From Mytilus californianus (Eukaryota), in NCBI RefSeq assembly GCF_021869535.1, contig NW_026262723.1:68386001-68450000 (forward strand): a stretch of 64,000 nt of DNA. Reading direction: 5' to 3'. Of this stretch, positions 1 to 12,724 are shown in pieces. The position numbers were made by a program, and so were the translations under genes. Under the pieces are notes generated by a model. The model worked only from the letters and a program-made list of their open reading frames with translations, was not told the DNA's origin and did not search any database. The first letter of the stretch is position 1. Each line of letters opens with the position of its first letter.

Positions 1-72
1 GATGGACATAAAGAGTTTTTGTATTTCATAAATTTTGAACATTTTCTGACGTGTTTAGAAATTGATACTTAC

Positions 73-155
73 GCATTGTCAAATATTTTCCCAAAGCAAG
101 TAAGACTAAATCCGAAATACAATAATAAACAAATGATCAAAGCTTGTGACAAACC
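73..155 (-). CDS. AGMO: AGMO exon 10 ([27 protein letters not shown])
   Basis: Acceptor atttttag|GGT, donor GC|gtaagt, 83 nt; LSQ...SLT.FG..FD motif. Remaining exons lie left of the window. Confidence 0.9.
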
Positions 156-3100
156 CTAAAAATACATAATTAAAAATATGATAGTTATAATACCTTTCAA
201 ACTGCTAACATACAAATCTTCATATAATAAAATCGATATCATCAAGTTAACAATTAGCACAATTGCATATCCAAATTACCACATAATTGCTAAATTGTTG
301 CCCAAACCTTTGGTCTGGAGCGTTGCTGATAACAACAAAAATCCAGAAACACACACTAAATGCACGATAATGATATCATCAGTTTCTTTATTTCAATATG
401 TGAAAGCATGGTGGTTTTAATTACGGGATAAAATTTTACATGTCGCTAAAGTAGTATTTGAATACCTAGGCGTATTGTGCTTGTAGCGACACACCGACCT
501 CTAAGCCTTTGTGTGTGTGTTGGACATGCAAGAAGGTGTATATCTCCAAATAATGGTGGATATAAAGTTTAGAAGAGGTCACTTGGTGTCTTTATTATTA
601 TATGCACATAGTAAGACCATCGATGGCAATGCAAGAAAAACCGCAAACAAACAAACAAAATAATTAACTCTTCGTATAACTCCGACGCAAGTTATTTCGG
701 TTTAAAATGTATATGTGATTCCAGTTGAAAAATTCAAGATAATAAAATTGAGAATGGAAATGGGGAATGTGTCAAAGAGACAACAACCCGACCACAGAAC
801 AGACAACAGCAGAAGGCCACCAACAGGTCTTCAATGCAGCGAGAAATTCCCGCACCCTGAGGCGTCCTTCAGCTGGCCCCTAAACAAATATATATACTAG
901 TTCAGTGATAATGAACGCCATACTAAACTCCAAATTGTACACAAGAAACTAAAATTAAAAATAATACAAGACTAACAAAGGCTAGAGGCTCCTGACTTGG
1001 GACAGGCGCAAAAATGCGGCGGGGTTAAACATGTTTATGAGATCTCAACCCTCCCTCTATACCTCTAGCCAATGTAGAAAAGTAAACGCATAACAATACG
1101 CACATTAAAATTCAGTTCAAGAGAAGTCCGAGTCTGATGTCAGAAGATGTAACCAAAGAAAATAAACAAAATGACAATAATACATAAATAACAACAGACT
1201 ACTAGCAGTTAACTGACATGCCAGCTCCAGACTTCAATTAAACTGATTGAAAGATTATGTCTTCATCATATGAATATCAGGCACAATCCTTCCCGTTAGG
1301 GGTTTAGTATCATACCATCATAACATATATGAGAAGAACATAACCCGTGTCATGCTGTTTTTTTTCTATTTTGATTTATAACAGTGATCTGCCAATTTCA
1401 AACGCGTCTATCCCTACCCATACCCCTACCCCCAAAGATGTCTATCTCGCCAAAATATATAAAATAAGGAGATATTATATAATTGTTAATGGGACAACTA
1501 TCCAACAGAGTCCAAGACGTTGATTCAAGAAATATAAGGTCACCGTACGTCCTTTAACACTGAGCAAAACCCATACCGTATAGTTAGCTACAAAAGGCCT
1601 TGACATGACAAAACGTGAAACAATTCACACAAAAAAACCAGCGGCCTAATTTATGACAAATAAATAAACGATTAACAGATATAACAAACAGCAACCAACG
1701 ACAACCTATGAATTACAGGCTCTTGACTTGAGACATGGATATACAGAATGTGCTGGGTAAAACATGTTTTTTTAAGCGCTACACCCTACCCTTACCTGGG
1801 ACAATGGAGTAGCAACACAACATAAGAACAAACTGTAAAATCAGTTGAGAATGCCTGGATTCATCAGATCGGTACGAAGCACTTAAAATATCTGACAAAA
1901 AGGAAAAATCGCAGATCTTAATCCCAAACCTGGTCAGGTGATTAGATAGTTGCCACGACTAGTGGGAACTGTAGGAATACGGTAGGACAAGGGCTGGAAA
2001 CGTAAAATGAAGGATGAGATAACGGGATTTTGTTTTGAAATAGATAACAAATTAGGAAAATAGAGTTGAATAATAAAAAAATATTTATTTACTCATTTGG
2101 TGATCATTACAAAAAAAAAGTAAAATAACAAAAATACCGAACTTCAAGGAAAATTCAAAATAGAAAGTTCTTTAATCAAATGGCAAAATCAAAAGCTCAA
2201 ACACAAAAAAACGAATGGAAAACAACTGTCATATTCCTGACTTGGTACAGGCATTTCCTGATGTAGAAAGTGGTGGATTAAACCTGCATGGTTTTATAGC
2301 TAGCTAAACTCCGTATTTTCTCTTGGTGGCAAAAGTCTTCCCTTAAAATGAGATGTTCAACCTGTAGATGCACCTGATTCCTCTACTTTTCGAGTTCTTT
2401 CAATCACCAACTTTCATTTTTCTATTGACATTTAAATTCTCAAACTAGAAAAACAAAGAATATCGGCTTTTGTAGTCGAAAAAAAATAACGAACTTTGTT
2501 CATTAAAGACATCAAATTTGTGTGCCTTCGCATATTATCATTGACATATTGACGTATACTGAACGTCATTTTTAAAATATTAATGAATTGAGGTAAACAA
2601 GCAATTTACGCAGTTAATGTAACTTGGTCTAATGTCCCATTAAATATACCTGTCTGGATTTGTTTTCAAACCATTGACGTACGTGATAACCGTATAGTCT
2701 TTCAAAGAGGTGGACGCGTTTGGTCGTTTTCAGAAATGGACACGTTTGGGAGTTTATGAAAGGACACGTTTAAACGTCCTACACAAACTAGACATGTTTG
2801 GGCATACAGTAGCGTCGACAGGACACATTTGAGGGATTGGACAAGACTGAATTATATCACGTTTTCAGTTGATATTTATTTTTAAAATGATCACGTAACT
2901 TTACTGAAGAATAAGAGAGCACACAATGTCTTTTTTCTGCCAGATCAGATAAAGCATGTTGAGCATGTATCAAAAAGTAAAGTTGTATTTACTACAGAAC
3001 ATAACTCATGTACTATACCTACCCCTTTCTGTGTTACAAGCTCAAGGTTCATTATCAGTAGTACTGTAAAGTGAACAGCAGCATAAATATTAACTATCAA

Positions 3101-6100
3101 AGAATGCTTTGGGTCATACTTTGGATGTGGTGCCTTAACCTGTAAAATATTTACAAAAGTTGATATATATACATGTATTAATATATAAATGTATATAAAA
3201 CAAATATGGTAATATTTATATCTATCTTAGTATAGGCTTAGTTCTGTAATGTGATTTTGAGCTTATATTTAGCTTAACTTTTACTGACCTAGGTCATGTG
3301 TTTTCTAATATTTAAAAAGAACAGAACTTTGAAAACGTAAATTAAGATCAATGAAATTTTTGGGAGAACTTTTTAATTCGGAACTATTCTGCATAAATTG
3401 TAAACATTTATATTTAATCTTTTTGTCAATTTTGACATAATTTGCGTTTAAAAGATATAACCAGAAATTGATCTAGAGCCAACTAATTATGTTAGTTTGT
3501 ATGCAATCTTTCGAGATCACCAATGCTCCAACAAAAGCGAGCATTATTAAATAAAGATAAATCATAACGACCCTTGATTTTTGAAAATAAAATAGATTTG
3601 TCAGAAGTGAGTCGAAAAAAACTTACGTTTGGGATATCTTCAATTAATCCTGTTCTAGGTTTTCCTTGGTCCCATCCTGGTCCACAAAATAACACACCTA
3701 ATTTGTTTTTTATTCCCTTCGTATCCAAAAACCGTCGAAAAGTATACTTGGCGTGGCAAAACTATAAAAAAAAATATAAGATTAAAATGCGCATAAGGAA
3801 ATTAACAAGAAAACAAAAGTATGAGAGAGAAGCAGTGTATCTTTGGTATCCTTTATTTAAAGTTCAACTGGACATATGCAATAACCATGGCCACGTAAAT
3901 TTGAAATATTAAGTTAGAGGACGCTACCATTATATGATAATTTTAGCTGCTTATCATTCTTCTGAGAAGCTTTTTAATGAAATATGTATCCTACGAATAA
4001 AGGAAAAAGTCGCCGTGTATAGGTCTTAGAATACCGATCGTCTGTTAAAAAAAAAATATGACCACCAAACGTAAGAAAAATGTTGTCAATGAATGAAATC
4101 AAGCATTTTGATCAAGTCGGTTTTAAATTAAGTTTTTTTTTTAATCAAAGTGAGAGTTTTTCAATATAAGATGTGTTCTTTCTTTAAACATAGTATATGA
4201 ATGTCATTTTTTTTTAAATATAATAGTAAGTTGAACAAATCATTTTAATCTGTCTTTATGATAACAATGAGGAACGCTTGAGTAAAAATGTAAAAAAGAC
4301 AACTACTATCTAATGAGGGTAGATCATTGATGTTTTTAGAATCCACAGGTGACTAATACAACAACTGTAGGTATTTTCACGCTAACTCTCAGGACGGGTT
4401 TTACGGCTTACTTGATTTAAATGATTTGGGAAAATGTTACATGCAACACATCTCGTGATAAATATTCATATAAAAAGAAGTAATTCACTTAAAAACTTAT
4501 TGTCTGGATTTGTGATAATTAACATTATATCTGCAATATAAAATTCACTTTGTGTTTTCTACTTATAAATATATGATAAATAATCATATAGCAATAGCAG
4601 TATGCAATCTTAAGAGGTATCATTCTTTAACTCCATGCAATAGGTTACTGCGGGGCCGTTTTTTGTAAACAGGAAGTTAGCATATGTATTGTTCAGTTCA
4701 GACACACATATTCAAATTTGTTTGCAACACTCCTCTTATAGTAGTCACAATCAATTTGTTCAACTAATAGGGATAAAACAGGGAGGATTGAGACCTAAAA
4801 ACAACAATTCTAATGTGTCCACATGACAATATGCCCTGCTTGCACTATTAAATTTCCATGAAATATGGATCAAAACACTAATTTAGCATATATTTCAAAA
4901 TTTCACCTCAGAGTAAACATGGGCCTTTTGTAACTGACTGCGGTAAAGGTTTTACTCATTGTTGAAGGCCGTACGGTGACCTATATTTGTTAATTTATGT
5001 GTCATTTGGTCTGTTGTGGAGAGTTGTCACATTGGCAATCATACCATGATCTTCTTATTTTTATATGTGTACATGTATACGTTTCAAGTTGATATGACCA
5101 CAACTTTATTGTAAAGTACCTTAAACCAAAACTTTGACCTGATCAATGAACCGTGAAATCAGTGTAAAAACCCCAATTTGACAAACACAACAATAATTTC
5201 AAGATAATGTGACTACAATTTCATGGTAATCTACCTAATTCACACCTGAAACCTACCTTAAACCAAAACTTTAACCCAATCAGTGGACTGTAAAAATCTG
5301 GGTCAAAACACTAATTTTTCATATATTTCTCATGCAAATGAACGCGACATATCCTCTTAGAATTGCTGACATTTCTCCCCACCCTTGATTTTCATTCTGT
5401 GGTGAACCCTCAGCTGCTACCTCAAATCGAAACTTTAACCTCAAACGGGAAAGACAAACATATCCCGCACGGGGGGGGGGGGGACAAACCGACCTGAAAA
5501 CATCATGTTTATGTGCTTGTCTCAAGTCAGGAACCTCGGTGGTTCTCTTTAGTTATATCCATGTTTTTGTGTTGTTTTGTTTTTTGTTTTTTGTTTTCTT
5601 TAGGGAGTTTCGTGCTGATAACACATAGTTATATTAATTTACAACTTAACTACAGTCATCCATTCAGTGCTTGAAATATTGTATAATTATCTGTTTACTG
5701 TTGATTGTACGTTGACGTCTTAAAACAAGATGTATTTTGTATCTCGTTGTACAAGTACATATATTTTACTTTATATTGAAAATATTAATATATTTACCTG
5801 TACGTAGTTTGGATCAAAGGTATTTAAAGGATGGGTAAGCCCATATACTACTTCTTCATTTTCTGCTTCAAACGTTCCTTTTTAAAAATAATATAGATTT
5901 TAAAGAGACATTTTCCCTAAAAATCACTGTACGAATTTTTAGATATATATCCAAACCTATAATATATAGTTGTTTTGTGTGTTACTTTGGTTTTAGCGGT
6001 CAGCTATTATCTAAAGCCATATGGGCTGTCAATTTTTATTAAGAGACAGTCAAATTGGTGTCGCATTTCGAAGTTCATATCGAATAATGATAATTTTACA

Positions 6101-9100
6101 TGCTTTAAACACCGGGATTCGTAATATAATCCTGCATTAAACAAAATATCGTGACAGTTCCAGCGTCTTCTCCCGATAGAGATCAATGGAGATCTCATTG
6201 ATTAATCATCAGCACCGGTTACGAATTTTTCCGAAGATGAATTCAACTGTTGACCTAGTTAGAATTCCTTTAATCAACGTTCAATGTTACATCCTTTCAG
6301 ATTGACATAAAATTAATTGCATTAAACATGCATCTGCGCATTAGTGAAAGCTAAACGTGAACTATACATGCTAATTTTCATCTCTAGTTGCGAAGCTGCA
6401 GCCTTCCTAATTGATCTCATTTGTTTCTCTTTTACCAGCTTTATAAAGTGTTTTCCACATGTTTATATAATTACCTATTTTTTATTACTTTGTGTTAGTT
6501 TCATCACTATTTTTCATTCGTCTTTGTCTTTAGTTTGGTTTCGAATTAGTTTTTTTTAGGTTTTTGTCATTTTTACCTGTCATGTCTTATATATCTGTAG
6601 ATCATTTCCAATATATGCAAAAATACAATAAAAATACAAACTGCAGTTTCAATCCGGTCAAGCATAGATGTATAAATATACATCTATGGGTCAAGTATGT
6701 TACTTAATTATCAATTGTAATAAATAGCCATCTATTTATATATAATATATCTGTCAATGTGATATGTCCACACGGTTCTCATAACAAAAATAAATCTAGT
6801 TTGTCAATTATTGCTGTCATGATCAAGTGCTGGTACAAAGAAACGTGCGTGATTTATTGTAATTTATTGAAAACTAATAAAAAAAAACAATTATTTACCC
6901 AACAATCTTTGCGTGAGACATAATCATTAATAAAATCTAAAATATTATTTCTTATTTACCAAACAATCTGTCCCATATGATGAGGGTTCCAGCATAGTTC
7001 TTGTCAATACAATAACGATTTCTACCATGATGTACTCTGTGGTGACTTGGAGTATTAAGTATATATTCCAACGGCCCGAGGGATTTTATGTACTGGAAAA
7101 AATCATTGTAAATGGATCATTTCATTCACAACTTCGATCATATTTGTGGAAAAATTTCTTTCCTAAGAAATTCCAAATAATTTATGACGCAATAAAAAAA
7201 AATAATGATGCAATTGTATGTTTTGTTCAATTTAACTATGAGTGACTGATAAATTTCATACAAAACAGCTTTCCCAATATCTGATCGTTTTATTGACGAA
7301 TTAATTGAAGGATGTGTATCGTTCAGCTGCAAATATTACATGTATATGTCTATACAGGACGATAACATGTGCTGAAAAAGCCCGGCCCTGCATTGTTAAA
7401 GATCTAGACCGAGTCGGATTTTTAACGTGTCCGTGTTTCGAAATACCAACCTATGTGGGAAGTAATTGGTCTCCGAGACCACCGATTTATGCTAGTATTC
7501 CTCATTACTGCATGCTTAGACGAGAAGAAGGAAATATAAATGGAAGATTTTTGAGTCGATCCATCCGCTGATCGAACCATGATCTCCTGCATCCGAGGCA
7601 AGCACAGCAAAATTAATTCTTTATAGTCTATACATTTTTACCTATCATATTTCTGTTTTCAATTAAAAAAATTGTTCAAATTGATCAAATAACTTTATGA
7701 CATAGTTTTACAATGGAAACTTTCATCCCAGTAGCATGGTCGTATGATTTAAATGATATATTCTGAGCGGGAAGTTTTAGTTTATAAATTATGTAATTGA
7801 ACTAAAACCAAAGTTGAACCTCTCTAAGGCAAATCTAACCCAAGACGTTTTTGTCTATTCTGTTTAGCAGTGTTATTGTAATATTCTGCGAAATTCTGGT
7901 TTTATGTGTAAAGCTTAAATCGCTTATGGTTTTTGTTATTTTAGGTTTCTATAGTACACATAAAAATCCCATTGATATCTTCCTAGATTAACAAAATGTG
8001 TATACATCTGTACCAACGCCTTTAAACGTATTCATGTTTAAACGTTTATCGACCTAAAATAAGCTACTAACATTACATTGTACCAATTGTACTGCATCAA
8101 ATGCACATTTCGACAGTTTATGTCTCTTAAGGTGGTACCTAACACTACAGGGAGATAACTCTGTAAAAATCAGCTAAACGTTTTAATCACGTTGTATTGT
8201 TAAGGAAATATTAAGCTTCTCAATGATCAAAATTAGTGTTTGTCAAACTGCTATATAACCAATGAAATTTTTCTGATAAAGTGGTTGGTTCAAATTTTTT
8301 GAAATTTTTATATTTTTGTCAAAGGGTCAAAGTAAACATTTTGTCAAAATTTTATGAAAATTAAACGAGCCAAATTAATATTAGTCAAGGTGTTGGGTAC
8401 CACCTTAAGTGAAGCTCGAGGTCAAAATATTTAAAAATCAAGAAGTTCACACATGATACAAACGCTGGTGATCTGATATAACCGAAAATTGCAAAAATGT
8501 ATAACCAGACCCGGACAAAGTAACAATAAACAAGCTATGTATGATAAAGCTCCAAATATTTCATTTCAATTAAGCTAACTTCGGACTGCAATTGCCTTTT
8601 TTTAGCTTGCTACTCGTGGTACACAATTGTAATATTACCCATACCTGTGTATGTATCCAAAACTGATATAAGATATTCAACTCTTGATGTACAATAAAAA
8701 TCTGTGGTGGAATAAATAAGGCAAGGGGAAGATAAAACACCTGCAAATATATTAAATAACAAAAACAGTGTACAGCAAATGACGTAAAAGGAAGGATAAC
8801 TCTAGTTTAACTCGTCTTATATGTTACATAAAAGACGAATTGTTTGAAGAAATCTGGTATGGGACTCTTTACCGACATTGATAATTAGAAGAAGCAACAA
8901 AATCCAGAACATACTTATATTCTGTTTATTATTTTTCGTATTAGTTAATATTGCCAGGACTTACGTTGTTTTTTTTTTTATCCTGTCTTGTATTAGTTTT
9001 TAATCATTGTGCTTTGGTTGTTTTTTATTTTTATTTTTGATATATTTTCAAACTACGTCGTTGAAGCAGTGACATGTATATTATCTGTCTTTTAGGTAGC

Positions 9101-12100
9101 AATAACGTCCTATGCAATTAAAGTAATTAATTTGATGTTTGGTAATATGGACAATGTATTTCCATATTTCAACGTTTTGTCAATAGTATACACACCCAGG
9201 ATGTATAACTCTGTAACACGGATTGTCGTAAGGCTGTTGCTAGATTGTAGTCTTCTGAACTGTGGTGTACTTGATGGGCTGCCCACATAAAATTCACCTC
9301 TAATACAAAAAAAATATTAATATTAATTACAAATGCAAACAGCAGAACGCAAAAAATAATAAGATCATTGATTTCCTAATTTAAAAAAATTCAAATAGAT
9401 TTATTGATTTATTAAGCTTACTCAACGTCCAGAAATGAACAATCAATTCAATAGGTGGGTTCTGCAAAGTGGGTCGATCTGGAAGAAGGGCGCTAGAATT
9501 TAGACTGCAACGTAAAATTCAAGAGTAAGTTAGATAGTGGCAGTTTTATTTGTTTTTTTTTTTTATCTCGCAAGAGACCATTCACATAGTAATTATAGTT
9601 CGTTTACGTGCAAAGTGTGGTATTCTCCACCAGAAGCATCAGGATTGACTTTCGGAATTTAACCGGACGTGACAGCGTGTTTATATATCCAATACAAATA
9701 GCACAAAGAATGATCATATGCAGGCTGTTTCAAAACCACGTGAAACTATAAGCCTATCAGATCTTCCGAAAACAGTCTTACTGTGTGCAAGTCTATGGAA
9801 CCAGTAATAACCCAAATCAACGCCTAAAAAGCACAACCACCATGTCCATTGTGAATTCCATGGTAACTGGAATATTTTGAAGTGCTCATGTACCCACATA
9901 TACGCCACAAGACTAATGGCTTTTACAAATAACCTAAAAGATTGACAGTTCATTGAGTTGCATTATTTGTATTTATGATAACACTAATGTTTTAACTTAA
10001 TTACTCTTAAATCAAATTCTACATGTTATAATGTAGTACTGGGCTGGTAATACCTGGTGACGTAGTCGCATCGACCAAGCAAATCGTACATTTTGATTGT
10101 TAATTGTTTTTTGCAAATTATGTATAATAATTAGTCTTGTAATAAAACTAGGGTCGCAACTTCCACGAAAACGTTTAAACAATTCTGGAATTGAGTTACA
10201 ACCTTAGGGTTTGAGGTTCTGATCCTCTAACATCTTTAACCTTTATTTTACAAAATCGGATGGAGGTTGATTGGAACAAACATATAAAATATCGATATGA
10301 TATGTTTGTAAATGTATAACATATATCGACATGATACGTAAGTACCTGTATAAATAAATACGATACGTTTGTATATGTATATATGATCATGTATAACAAT
10401 TACAAGAAGGCAACTCCCACTTAAATTTCCAGAACTAAACTTAAAATGTATTCAGCTTTTGGAGCATAGCATTTTTTAAGCACAAAACATCATCCAAGAA
10501 TGAAACCCTAATGGAACGCAAATAGACAGAGTTGTGACCAAGTCTAAATGTACTTGATTGTATAGGTAGAAAAATAAGACTTGTTTCATTAATTTAAAAT
10601 TTTTATATTTATTTGTTCCAAATATTGGGGGACGTATATATATATATACCTAATTGTTTACGTTTGACTATTTGTTAATGCGCCTCGTTGAATATTTTGT
10701 TCGGAGTACCTTACACTCACCTTAATCCGAAAGGTTTTGCCAAATACAGCTAAGATGTATGATCCATTCTTTTTCAACGTGAATTTCATTCAGATAGTTA
10801 GAACAAAATTTGTACCTAAAAGGACTAGATGCGGCAAAACACTCCTTAGACATGGATACAAGTTTTTTATCAAGTAATTTATGCATTGACAATTTATTAT
10901 TTTGTCGTTTTAAAAAAACGAGGAACGGACTTTTGCTAAATCTGTAAACAACATGCATATTGAATCAATTTATAAATACATTCCATACATTTCTAACTGT
11001 ATATTTGATTATATTTTTGATTGATTTTTGTTGTTTAACGTAATGGTGAAATAATAATGAACAGGAAAGTTGACTGTCCTGGGAGGAGAAGGGTTTGTTT
11101 TATAGCGAGAAGACAGGTCAACTCAATGGTTTGTTGCAAAAGAACTTTAAAGTGCAGCGAGCATGTCACTCTCTATGCGAGGCATTGGATTTAACGTCCC
11201 CATTCTAACCGGCCGTGACTGCGTATTTATAAATCCAAGACAACCAAAGGCGCAATAAGCATTGGTTTTACTGTCGGGTTTGACAAAAGTCGATGACCAC
11301 ATTTCGATATCGAAGTCAATGCTTTGGTGGTAATTATATTAAACGCACAACAATAAACCAATAAAGCATTGCATCTATGAGGTCACCAGAATAAATGATA
11401 TATTCGATGTAAAGCCTAAAAACTTACAATGGAAATCTAGAAATTACTCCAGCACTAATGGATGTGATACTATCACCGAGTCTGTACTTTCCATCTTTCT
11501 TGTAAGCTGAAATGGCCAACTCCAGGAATATTAAAACGAAGAAGAATGGTCCGGACTGAAAAACAAACAAAACATTATTATTAGTATATATTGGTTTGAA
11601 AATATCTTTAGTAAACGGACCACAAAGGGTTACCTGCATGTGGTGTAGCAAGTAGGTCATTCATATCAATTTTTGCATTGTTTATATTATTGTATTGTTT
11701 GCCTTTAACCCCTCGGGCTATAAATGTGCATTTCTTAATAAACAATGAACATATATTTCTCCAATCAAATCATGTGTTTTCTATGCGGGATGCATAAATA
11801 CGCAGACACGTTCAAGTGAATATGGACGTTAAATCCTACATTCTAGACGTTGAAGAACTGTTGCACCTAACACTTTAAAGGGTGAATCCGTAGATGGCCT
11901 GATGCAAGGCCAATTATATCCAATATGCCATTAATTTCTAGTGGCTGTCGAATTACCGCCTGGCATCCCTGTCGACCAACATTGCACAACGTACCTGTTA
12001 TAATTTCGTACTGAATACGCATAAAATGTTTACCCGGCCCGACCTGGACTTTAAGTTAACAGCAATCAATCAATCAATCAATTAAACGGAAAATGAATTT

Positions 12101-12314
12101 AATTTCAATGAAGAGTTACATTAATCTGGTAAGAAAAAGATACATAGAAAATATGCTCCATTAGATTTTATTCATACTCAAGTTAAATAATACATACTTC
12201 GTCTGTGTAAGCCGGTACGTCTTTAACATCAGAGAAGGAGGTTTCATTAGGTGTTACAGCATAAAACAGCCGCCTCATTCCAACATCAAACGGTACTTTC
12301 AATACACTAGCCAT
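73..12314 (-). CDS. AGMO: Alkylglycerol monooxygenase (fatty acid hydroxylase superfamily), 10 coding exons in window, 3'-partial
   Basis: complement(join(73..155,3023..3139,3627..3761,5798..5877,6960..7092,8645..8740,9196..9299,9782..9933,11428..11555,12198..12314)) = 1145 nt. All introns are GT-AG with matching phases and no internal stop. Motifs [47 protein letters not shown] and GPGW..GKPR.G align to human AGMO as recalled. Confidence 0.97.
741..1355. mobile_element. High-copy interspersed repeat (unclassified), in AGMO intron
   Basis: Carries the core ggctcctgacttgggacaggc..ggcggggttaaacatg. Degraded fragments of the same family at about 27235-27315 (inverted) and 29555-29680. Confidence 0.75.
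1465..1830. mobile_element. Interspersed repeat family A (gatgtggtatgattgccaatgagacaact end), degraded copy
   Basis: Similar by eye to copies at about 4935-5065, 18173-18250, 18725-18980, 25600-25800, 30905-31035, 33845-33955, 49040-49310, 60370-60470 and 63685-64000, in both orientations. Confidence 0.7.
2111..2310. mobile_element. Interspersed repeat family B, partial copy
   Basis: Matches 12937-13130 (aaaataccgaactccaaggaaaattcaaa..cctgacttggtacaggc). Confidence 0.75.
3023..3139 (-). CDS. AGMO: AGMO exon 9 ([39 protein letters not shown])
   Basis: Acceptor ttttacag|GTT, donor GGG|gtaggt, 117 nt, phase 0/0. Confidence 0.9.
3627..3761 (-). CDS. AGMO: AGMO exon 8 ([45 protein letters not shown])
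   Basis: Acceptor ttttatag|TTT, donor AAC|gtaagt, 135 nt. Confidence 0.95.
4810..5490. mobile_element. Degraded element with internal ~160-bp tandem cores (Helentron/HINE-like), interrupted by a family A fragment
   Basis: Repeated accttaaaccaaaactttg/aacc..gtgaaat..tcaaaacactaattt blocks at about 5115 and 5255; G-run at 5471. The class is inferred. Confidence 0.4.
5798..5877 (-). CDS. AGMO: AGMO exon 7 ([27 protein letters not shown])
   Basis: Acceptor ttttaaaaag|GA, donor CAG|gtaaat, 80 nt. Confidence 0.95.
6960..7092 (-). CDS. AGMO: AGMO exon 6 ([44 protein letters not shown])
   Basis: Acceptor ttttccag|TAC, donor TTT G|gtaaat, 133 nt; second HxxHH box. Confidence 0.97.
8131..8404. mobile_element. 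274-bp MITE with TTAA TSD and GG..CC termini (Kolobok-type)
   Basis: TTAA at 8127-8130 and 8405-8408. TIR ggtggtacctaacac / gtgttgggtaccacc. Nested in another repeat that resumes on the far side. Confidence 0.88.
8645..8740 (-). CDS. AGMO: AGMO exon 5 ([32 protein letters not shown])
   Basis: Acceptor tttgcag|GTG, donor CAG|gtatgg, 96 nt. Confidence 0.96.
9196..9299 (-). CDS. AGMO: AGMO exon 4 ([34 protein letters not shown])
   Basis: Acceptor gtattag|AG, donor TGG|gtgtgt, 104 nt; HxxHH box. Confidence 0.96.
9782..9933 (-). CDS. AGMO: AGMO exon 3 (LFVKAISL...[20 protein letters not shown])
   Basis: Acceptor ttttag|G, donor CAC A|gtaaga, 152 nt; first HxxxH box. Confidence 0.96.
11428..11555 (-). 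CDS. AGMO: AGMO exon 2 ([42 protein letters not shown])
   Basis: Acceptor ttttcag|TCC, donor TT|gtaagt, 128 nt; RL.D..TSISAGV.SR motif. Confidence 0.95.
11810..12082 (+). mobile_element. Degraded SINE-like element ending in (CAAT)n
   Basis: The tail tgaatacgcataaaatgtttac..tggac.ttaa..caatcaatcaatc recurs at about 15135, 24975, 29015 (inverted), 31580-31790 and 47690 (inverted). Confidence 0.55.
12198..12314 (-). CDS. AGMO: AGMO exon 1 ([39 protein letters not shown])
   Basis: ATG at 12314, 117 nt, donor GAA|gtatgt; matches the AGMO N-terminal RxLFY..P.ETSF...VP.Y motif. Confidence 0.92.
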
Positions 12315-12333
12315 GTTGGGTGTTTAATAAGTG

Positions 12334-12385
12334 AAATGAGAAAGATTACATAGTGTATATTTGGTTATATAAAGTTAAAGGGTCA
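12334..12385 (-). promoter_or_regulatory. Candidate AGMO core promoter (TATA plus Inr, adjacent DR1-like site)
   Basis: Minus-strand TATATAA at 12371-12365, TCATTT (Inr-like) at 12339-12334, and AGTTAA-A-GGGTCA at 12373-12385 on plus. Motif match only. Confidence 0.35.
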
Positions 12386-12724
12386 TATATATATATATAT
12401 CTATCTATTATCTGTGTGCTAGATATTGAATGTAAACAATGTCTAAGTCTAAAATCGGTTCAGGTAGTGACTGAACATAAAATCCGGTATCTATTTAATT
12501 TATATCGCCAGAAATAATATATGACCAACATCTTTCAGTATATTAAACGAACGTTTACGTCTTTGATTTTTACTCACTGTAATGAATGATGTAAAAAAAA
12601 ATGCTGATAAGTTTCTGGACTCTGTAATACAAAGATATCATTATGCAAACTACTGTTAAAAAAATTCACAATTTATCATGATATTTTTAGGAAAAAGGAA
12701 TCTACATTTTCCTTATATATAGAC

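Noticed and set aside
715-900. 61-aa ORF and similar short ORFs (59746-60054, 42636-42842, 63612-63854)
   Set aside because: They lie within interspersed repeats.
2708-2832. Five ggacacgttt-like motifs at ~20-40 bp spacing
   Set aside because: Possibly transposon subterminal repeats, but no TIR or TSD could be assigned.
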